A stretch of DNA of 64,000 nucleotides from Saccostrea cucullata (taxonomy: Eukaryota). How positions within the stretch are numbered: the first letter of the stretch is position 1; the number at the start of each line of letters is the position of its first letter. The notes below the pieces were generated by a model. That model made no database searches. It was not told the DNA's origin and saw only the letters and a list, made by a program, of their open reading frames with translations. Below, piece by piece: positions 52,601 to 61,600 of this stretch. The stretch spans positions 1-64,000 of the forward strand of contig NW_026937660.1 of NCBI RefSeq assembly GCF_032062105.1, written 5' to 3'. The position numbers and the translations under genes were made by a program.

Positions 52601-55600
52601 GGAACTTAGAAAAAGTGTTCAGTAGATTAAAGAAAGCAAACCTTAAAATCAACCCTAAAAAGTGCAAACTTTTACAGAGGAAAGTAGCATACTTAAGACA
52701 TATTATCAGTGAACAGGGAATAAAGACTGACCCTGACAAAATTGATGCGGTCCAAGATTTGCCCACACCTAAAAATGTTAGGGATGTCCGTAGTTTTCTA
52801 GGTATTTGTTCCTATTATCGGAAATTTGTTCAAGGGTTTTCTGTAATAGCTAAGCCCTTGCACAAATTAACAGAAAAATCCCAAAAGTTTGTATGGGACT
52901 CAGACTGTCAAGAAGCCTTTGACAAGTTGAAAAGAGCTTTAACCAGCAGCCCAATACTTTCTTATCCCAAGAAAGAGGGACAATATGTGATAGATACAGA
53001 TGCCTCAAACACTGGCATGGGATCTGTACTATCCCAAATCCAGGATGGGGAAGAAAAAGTCATAAGTTACTATAGTAAGCTATTCAATACGGCTGAACGC
53101 CGATACTGTGTGACTAGACGGGAATTGTTAGCTATTATTCAGTCCATCAAACACTTTCACCATTATCTTTATGGGCAAGTATTTAAAATAAGAACAGACC
53201 ATGGTTCATTACGATGGCTTCTGAAATTTAAGAATCCCGAAGGTCAAATAGCCCGTTGGCTAGAAACATTAGCTTCTTACCAATTTGAAATAGAACACAG
53301 GCCAGGTCGCTTGCATGGGAACGCAGATGCTTTATCCCGCAGACCTTGTGCTGATGTGGAGTGTACATACTGTGCTAAAGCAGAGGTAAAATACCTACCT
53401 GAAGAATCTACACAAAAGTGTTCAGTTATTGAAACTAGGTCGAAACAAAAGGCACCTGAAAATAAAGAAAGATTAATTAGCACAGAAAATTTTGATGTGG
53501 GAAAATATCAAAATGAAGACCCAGATTTAAAGCATGTTATTAAGTGGGTACAAGATGGAACTCAACCCAGTTGGGAAGATATATCCCATTTAAGTGAGAC
53601 TTGTAAATTTTATTGGGTTCGATTCGAGTCTTTAGAGTACAGACACAATACCTTGTACTATGTCCATGATGGGTTAGAAAGAAATTATTGTATAGTGATC
53701 CCAAAAGCTTTAGTGGGAGAAGTTTTGACCCTATTACACAATAGTACTACAGGAGGTCACTTAGGTATTAAGAAAACCCTATCTAAAGTAAGGGAAAGAT
53801 ATTTTTGGTACCAAATGAGTACTGATACAAAACATTGATGTGTTACATGTGACACTTGTGAGTCTAGAAAATCCCCTAATAGGAGGATGAGAGCCCCACT
53901 TCAAAAATATGTGGTTGGTGCTCCTTTAGAGAGGGTAGCAATTGACGTTATGGGACCATTGCCCAAATCCAATAAGGGAAATCTCTACATCTTAGTTATG
54001 GGCGATTATTTTACAAAATGGGTGGATGCGGTACCCATACGTAATCAGAAAGCTGTCACAGTCGCTCAAAAGTTAATTGATAGAATAGTTAGTATTTTTG
54101 GAACACCCATGCAAATCCACAGTGATCAGGGAAGATCATTCGAGTCAGATGTATTTAGGGAAATGTGTAGGATTTTAGGCATCGAGAAAACCCGAACCTC
54201 ACCATATAGACCTCAGTCAGATGGGTTGGTAGAGCGGGCAAACAGAACAATAGAAAATATGTTAGCATCATTTGTTTCTCAAAATCAGAAAGATTGGGAC
54301 GAACATTTACCCTTGCTCATGTTAGCTTATAGGTCAGCCCAGCACGAGTCAACTGGCGTAAGTCCATGTGAGATGATGTTTGGTAGGCATGTTTCTCTCC
54401 CAGCCGATTTAGTATTGGGAAGGTTACAACCTGAAAGTACATTAGAAATGTCAGAATATGCTTACAAATTGTCTCAATCTATGGATAAAATACATGAGTT
54501 TGCCAGGGATAAAATGAGTTTAGCTACAGAAAAAATGTTAAGGGAATACAATTCAAAGATAAATTTTCAAGGTTATGAAGAGGGAGATCTTGTATGGTAC
54601 TACGCCCATAATATTAATAAAATGGGATCACCCAAGCTCCAATGTCGTTGGTTAGGACCTTACTTAATTCTGAAAAGAATCAATGATGTTATATACAAAA
54701 TTAGAAAAACAACAAAAAGTAAATCCAAGGTTGTTCACTATAATTTGTTGAAGCCTTACAAAGGAAGTAATAGACCCAACTAGAAATATGGGATCTGCCT
54801 CGAAATATATGTAGCTTAGTGAATATTAAATATACTCATCATTTTGTCGGAAATTTTAGTAAATCATATTAATATGCAGTTTTATTATGCCCATTATTAA
54901 TGTTTGGGATGTTGTCAGAAATGAGGGACTAAGTATCCCTTTATTACTTTACAGATCCAAAGATTCAAATGTGGACTATGCACAGAAGACAGAGAGTTCA
55001 CGCAACAGAGTCACTGTGAGAGGCACATGACTGCAGTGCACTCGGGGTTCGTGTTCCGATGTGCCACTTGCGGGATCGTACTTGGACGAAAAGATCAAAA
55101 GCACGGGTGTGAGGGCAGGACCCTGCAGAGAGTGAAGAAATCAACACTCACGCTCACCATAGAGGAAGAGAAGGAGTTTGAGGCCTTCCAACGTGGGAGA
55201 GGGAGACATGTCGTGCCCTTCATGAAGGAGCTCCCCTTAGTGTTCAGCGATCAGCCGTACCACCAGGGCCAAGCAAAAAAGAGAGCAATATACACGGAGC
55301 CTCACCAAGGACGGAATGCCAAGAAGCGACCAAAGAGATCCGCACAAGCGCCAGCACTCCTGTCATCACATAGGTCCGCCCCAGCGCCTGCACTCCTGTC
55401 GATGTCGACCGAGAAGTCCATCACAGCGCCTGCGCCCTTGTCAACCAAGATGCCCACTCCAGGGCCTGCGCTCCTGTCGACTGAGAAGTCCGACACAGCG
55501 CCTGCGCCCTTGTCAACCAAGATGCCCACTCCAGGGCCTGCGCTCCTGTCGACCGAGAAGTCCGACCCAGCGCCTGCACTCCTATCAATGCCGACCGTGA

Positions 55601-58600
55601 AGTCCACCCCAGCGCCTGCTCTCTTGTCGACTGAGAAGCCCCAAGTCCATCCCAGCGTCTCCACTCCTGCAGTCGGAAAAGTCAACATCATCACGTCAGA
55701 GTAAGAACGATACACCGCAGAGGAGGTCTTTCAAACGATTATTCGGGGACAGTTTAAGTGACTCGTCAGATGAAGAAGATCTTCTTACTCCTGATATTTC
55801 AATAACGGAGCCTCCTGTTACCTCTACACCGAGTAGAATCCTAACAACCATGACGGAGAGGGAGTTTGACAAACGAGACGTTTCGATACAGACTTCCTCC
55901 AGTGGTAGCGCACATCCCTTAGTGTCACAACAATGTATTGGTCTGGATGTTGGCGGGAAACTATTTGTGACGACAGTTGCCACTCTTACAAACCAACCTG
56001 ATTCCCTTTTCGCAAGGATGATGGAGGACCCCACCTTATTACCTGCTTATAATATACTGGATAGAGGGAACCTACCAGTCTACTTTATTGACCGTGATGC
56101 CACCTACTTCGATGTCATACTCCATTACATGAGAGATGGACCGAAGAACATTAATTGTCATTTACCTAATGACGTAAGGACCTTAAGGAAAATCCACATC
56201 GAAGCGGTATATTATAGATTAGAGACGCTAGTCGAAATAATTGGTAGCCAGCTGTTTGTAATGATCTTTGGACACATAGAGTTCTCAGAAGAATAACTGT
56301 AATTTGTGAAGATAAAATATGATTTGTGTGTTTTGGAATATATGTCCAATTTTTATAAATACTCATTCATGTCAAATGTTTTGATGATAGGAGAAGTATT
56401 GTAAATCCAACTAAGTCCAGTTCTTTTGTTTTGTTGTTGTTGTTATAAATATCAAGTAGTTAAGGGATGGATGTAGCCGAAATGTTTTTATATAATAATT
56501 ACATGTAGCATTAGTCATTGCGATGAGTATATGGATTCAATTAATGTGATATGATTGATTATCATATTTTATTAATGCTACTTCTTGTCATGTTATGCAT
56601 GTCATTGTACATTTTAATTGCATTATTGTTATATTGATTCATACTTACTTCTATAACTGCAAGTGATGTTTTCAGTAGACCCAAGTCCAGTTGCATTCGG
56701 GACGAATGTTTTCTTCAGGAGGGGGCTATGTTACGAAATTCGTTTCGTCACTTTTATATATTTCATTGATCACTCGCAGCGTATGCAGTTGTTATCAGCA
56801 TATTGATATGTACATGATTGTTTGTTATTAAATAATTAATAAAAAGTTGTAAAAGAAATAAGTTATATGCTGTCAATCATATAATATTGTTTTGGAATCG
56901 GGTTCACTGTATTTCGACCCGGTCTCGATCTCGATAGCATGTTTAAAGTCAATTATCACATTTCGTCTTTGAACATTGTTTTGTCATTGTTTAAATCAAC
57001 TTAATAACGTAATAGCTACTTGTACTTATCGTATTTTGGTAGATAAAATCCCATTTTGTATGGTTAGTAATGATTTTCTATTAGAAAACTTCTCTGCGTG
57101 CACTTTCCCTGATTTGTTTATACCGGAAGTGGCGTAGGGTCATTCCGGGTCAGCGATTGGCTAATTGAGGTTACCAGTGGGTACAGTAAAGGTATATAAA
57201 GAAGCGAAAATTTCGTCTGCTAGAGGAGAAGGGGGGAGAAGTTGGGAGGATACGAAAGCCTCCAGATTATTATTTTAGAAGTACTCCCATCATTGGTAAT
57301 CATTAAAGGGATGGCAGACCCTATGCAGACCAGATGGGTAATTATATTAGTCAAGTTATATTAAATTGAGACGCTGAGATATCCCTGTGGGAGACCCATA
57401 AGTAGAGTGGGAGACCCATCGACGGGAAAACTTATGGGAGAATTTATGGGAGTTACAATTTATTATTAAAACTATATAGGTCTTACAGAATAGGCATAAA
57501 TAAATTATATTAAACCAAGGAAAGTATATTTTAGTACAAGTAGCTAATTTTTATAATTATTTTGGGAGATTTAGATTTTACCTACGGGTTGTGGGAGTGA
57601 CTTCACTTTATAAGAGACTGGTATATATATTGTATTGTGATTTTTATTATAACAATCCTTACATTTAATTGTACATAGTGTAAATAAATTTTATTTGTTG
57701 AACTTTTATCCTGACTTAATTATTAATTTATAAGTTAACATACGAGAGTGGAAAGCCCACACAGTTGCCCCACTCTCTCCCGAGGTGGGAGGCGCAACAT
57801 AGGTAATGATATACATTTACAATGTGTCTCGATATCATATTAAATATATGTTCCTTTATGAAACTTTAAGCTAAAGGGTACAGAATTTTTTTTTCATCAT
57901 CATTTCTAAAGTTAATTTACGGGAAAAAGTTAAAAACACGTTATTAGCATAAAGAAAAGAAAAATGAATGGAGGAGGGAATTAAACTGACACAGACACCC
58001 CCTCCCCCTCCCAGGCCCCTTCCTCCATTCATTTTTTTTTTTTTTTTTTGTTATTCAGCAAAATTAATTTAAGTTAAAGAATAAAATATACACAGTTAAG
58101 TAAAATTGTGTATTCTATTGAACACTTACATTTGTATGCTTCTGTGGAGTGGTAGCCACTGGGACATGGATTCTGGGTAAACTTGGAACAGTCTGTATCA
58201 TAATTCTGCTGGATTATATTGCCACTGTAGCTGTACTCCGTACAATAACCTGTAAATATTGTCAAAATTAGATGTCTGTGCCTATAGGAAATAATATACA
58301 TTTACAATGTGTCTCGATATCAGATCAATATATGTTCCTTTATGAAACTTTAAGCTAAAGGGTACAGAATTTTTTTTTCATCATCATTTCTTAAGTTAAT
58401 TTAAGGGAAAAAGTTAAAAACACGTTATTAGCATAATTTAAAAAAAAAACACAAGAAGTCTGTGAACCAAAGTTTAAATTATTAATAAACAATATTCTCT
58501 TCAGTTTTGTGTATATTGCGGTATGGCAAGATGCAGGGATATTTGGTACAGACAGACACATGGATAAGCAGCTAATAAGATAACATCTGATTTATACAGT

Positions 58601-61600
58601 AATCAGTAATACAATTGAGTCACACAGCTTGAAGTGTTTCCCTTTACCCCCCCCCCCCCCCTTTCCTCCTCCCCCTTTTTTCATGAAATGTCATGATCTC
58701 CCTCTTTAGACTAATTTTCTTAATATTTTAAGCAAAATCTTATGAATATTCAGAATTTAAAAAATAAAGGTATCTAAGTGTAGACATTGTCAGACCCCCC
58801 CCAAACCTTTTAAAGCCCATACATTTTGGCTTCCCTTGATCCACAATTGCTCCACAATTGAACAGCTAACAGATGAATGTTAATGTCTTTGTTGCATCAG
58901 TAATTGTTATTCATCAAGAACATCTAGTCTTAAAAGTATGTAATGTCATATGAACNNNNNNNNNNNNNNNNNNNNNNNNNNNNNNNNNNNNNNNNNNNNN
59001 NNNNNNNNNNNNNNNNNNNNNNNNNNNNNNNNNNNNNNNNNNNNNNNNNNNNNNNNNNNNNNNNNNNNNNNNNNNNNNNNNNNNNTTAATTGTTTTTATA
59101 AAAATGTTTTCTTATGATTTTTTATCCTTGTTTGGCATCAACCCCTCACCTAGTGACACTGCGTGAGGGCTTGTTGCGCAATTGTTTGGACGCCTCCAAG
59201 AATTTACTTATTAATGTTATGTTTTATACATTTTTACATGCACTCTGATTTGTTCACTGCATATAAATATCTAGTCAGTCTCAGGGGGATCACACTTGTA
59301 CCTTTCACCTATGTACATGTAACCTGTATTGTTTAATATTAGGTGATCCCCCTTAATGATTTGTTCTACATTTTACTTTATGTCATTTCAATTAAATTGC
59401 ATATTCGACAAAACTGCATATCTTTGTTTGGTTATTTTTCACATCACTATTAGGCTGCTGTTTCTCACAAGAGGCATAAAAATACTAGTACCTAAGTGTA
59501 GACATTGTCAATCCCTCCTAAACCCTATATAGCCCGAACACCCCCCCCCCCCCAGGCTACGCAAAAATCAAATTGTGATCAAAAAAGCTCACATGAACTT
59601 TCAGCTCAGGTGAGCTAAGACTTTTAATATTTTTCTTTTCAATCTTACACAAAATCTAACAGGTGCTAGATATCTTATGCACTTCTATCAAAGAATCTTA
59701 TGTGCTAGTTAACTGAAAATTGATTTTCTATATAAATGCACATTCGACTGATTTCAGCAAGAAAAATTGCACCCAGGACAGTGTGTTCATTATCTACATG
59801 GTGAATATACAATTGATAAATTTCTTTTCAAAGTGTTTATTTTCGCATTTTTTTAAAAGCCCTCCACATGTGCACGATTTTATTTAGCATTGCACTATGG
59901 TCTACATTACCTATCATTTAAATGGCCCAGTGCCAAAATGTTTACCGAATTTCCTTTGACTTCTGGTACTAGTATCTTTGATATACATATACTTTCTTTT
60001 CACTCTCCAAAGAAGGATGTATATAGAAATAGGTCCCGCTTTCACTGCCTAAATTTCAGCAATAAAAATGTAAGGTAGGTGAAAAGGGCTTATTCTGAAG
60101 AGGAACATCTATATAATAGCATTAAGGTATGTGTTGTTTGAGTCTAAAGGGGACAAAAAGTAAATACTCTCTGAAAAATAATAAAATTTAAAAAAAGTAT
60201 TTGTATGATGAAAGGGAATGCTCAAAATAATAGTGCACAAATCGTGAATACCAGTACTCTATTCACTGTCTATCAAATAACAGCACAAGATTCATGAATG
60301 CAGCATATCCTTTATGATAATTGTTGCATAACCTGTATCAAAATATGAAGGGAAAATCACAAATATTCCATATCCTAAGTAAATTGGTAAAGTTTGAGGC
60401 TGACTGGACATAAATGAAAGAAATAATGCACTGATACAATGGTTTTATAGAGAGAGACCATTATGACTCTTGACCTAAACTCAGTTCAAGGTCACTGCAC
60501 ATTCATTAACCAGTGGCACTCTGTGAGTGAAGTATGTGTCACATTGAACCAAGGGGAAAGAAGATATGCTCTGAACAAGGAGTTTTCATTTAATTCTGCT
60601 ATAACCTTAACCTTACACCTAGGAATATAGTTCAAGGACATTGCACACGCTTTACCCAAAAACACTCTATAGATTATTGTTAAATAAATGTGAAATTCTC
60701 TTGAAATTTTTGAAATTGAACTTAAACTTTTTTTTTATTTTTTTAGTCCATGTTTCTTGATTTGCTTTAATAAATTTCATTTAACCATATATACGTGCTA
60801 CTCAGTGCAAGATTAACAAACATATTCAACGTACCTAGATGAATGTACATTCCATAAGCACATACTTCCAATGTTTGATTCACAAATGGATTTATCACAC
60901 AATGGTACAAAAGTTTGTCAGGTTCACTACATTGACTGGCAAAAGCTGAACAGTTCTTTCTTTGAGAAGCTTTTTGCCATTCTGATTCACTGGTCGGACA
61001 GTTTGGAACAATATCCATAGTTTGTCTTGATACTGGACAGGAATCACTGTTACATTTGACTTCCTGTGAAAGAAAGAAGCTTAAGAAATTGAATTTAAAT
61101 TTTCTAAAATAAAAAAAAAATCATTGCTACTTGTTTAAAATTACCTGGAAAAATAAATCTTCGACATTTAGTTTTTTTCTTGTTTTTTTTTTAAAGCATA
61201 GGTTGATATTTTTACTATAATAATTATGGAACGAAAAGAAAGCACAACTACATGTATATACGTGTATAATTTAAATAATTTATATAAAATTAGTAGATTG
61301 GATTGTATTATACAACAAACACACTAATGAGTGAATGAATACACTTGGAGAGAAGTGATTTTTTTTTCTGTGGACTGTGGCTTTATATAAACATATATGT
61401 GGATATATTAGACATGTGAATTGTAAACTGTTACAAATTACACACTTTTAGCAAAGTAATTTGATTTGTCCATCCATGGCACTTACTTGTAGAATTTTAC
61501 CCAGTGTGAATCTGCACTGTATTCACATGTATATGTTTAATTCTTTAAGGTTCATGGGGTGTGGACAAAAGGGTTACAGTTTGGGGGCATGTACATTTTG

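Larger units (their letters stand above)
36827..57799 (+). mobile_element. Ty3/Gypsy LTR retrotransposon, full length, coding-disabled, with nested insertions in the 5' LTR
   Basis: TGTT...AACA LTR ends, TSD TAGGT (36822-36826, 57800-57804), PBS, gag, PR-RT-RH-IN order, PPT. Confidence 0.97.

Noticed and set aside
43481-56034. Antisense/overlapping ORFs within RepHel, gag, pol and the accessory gene
   Set aside because: Shadows of long real ORFs with no motifs of their own.
54955-56296. env gene
   Set aside because: No signal peptide or fusion-protein layout; motifs are zinc finger and BTB.
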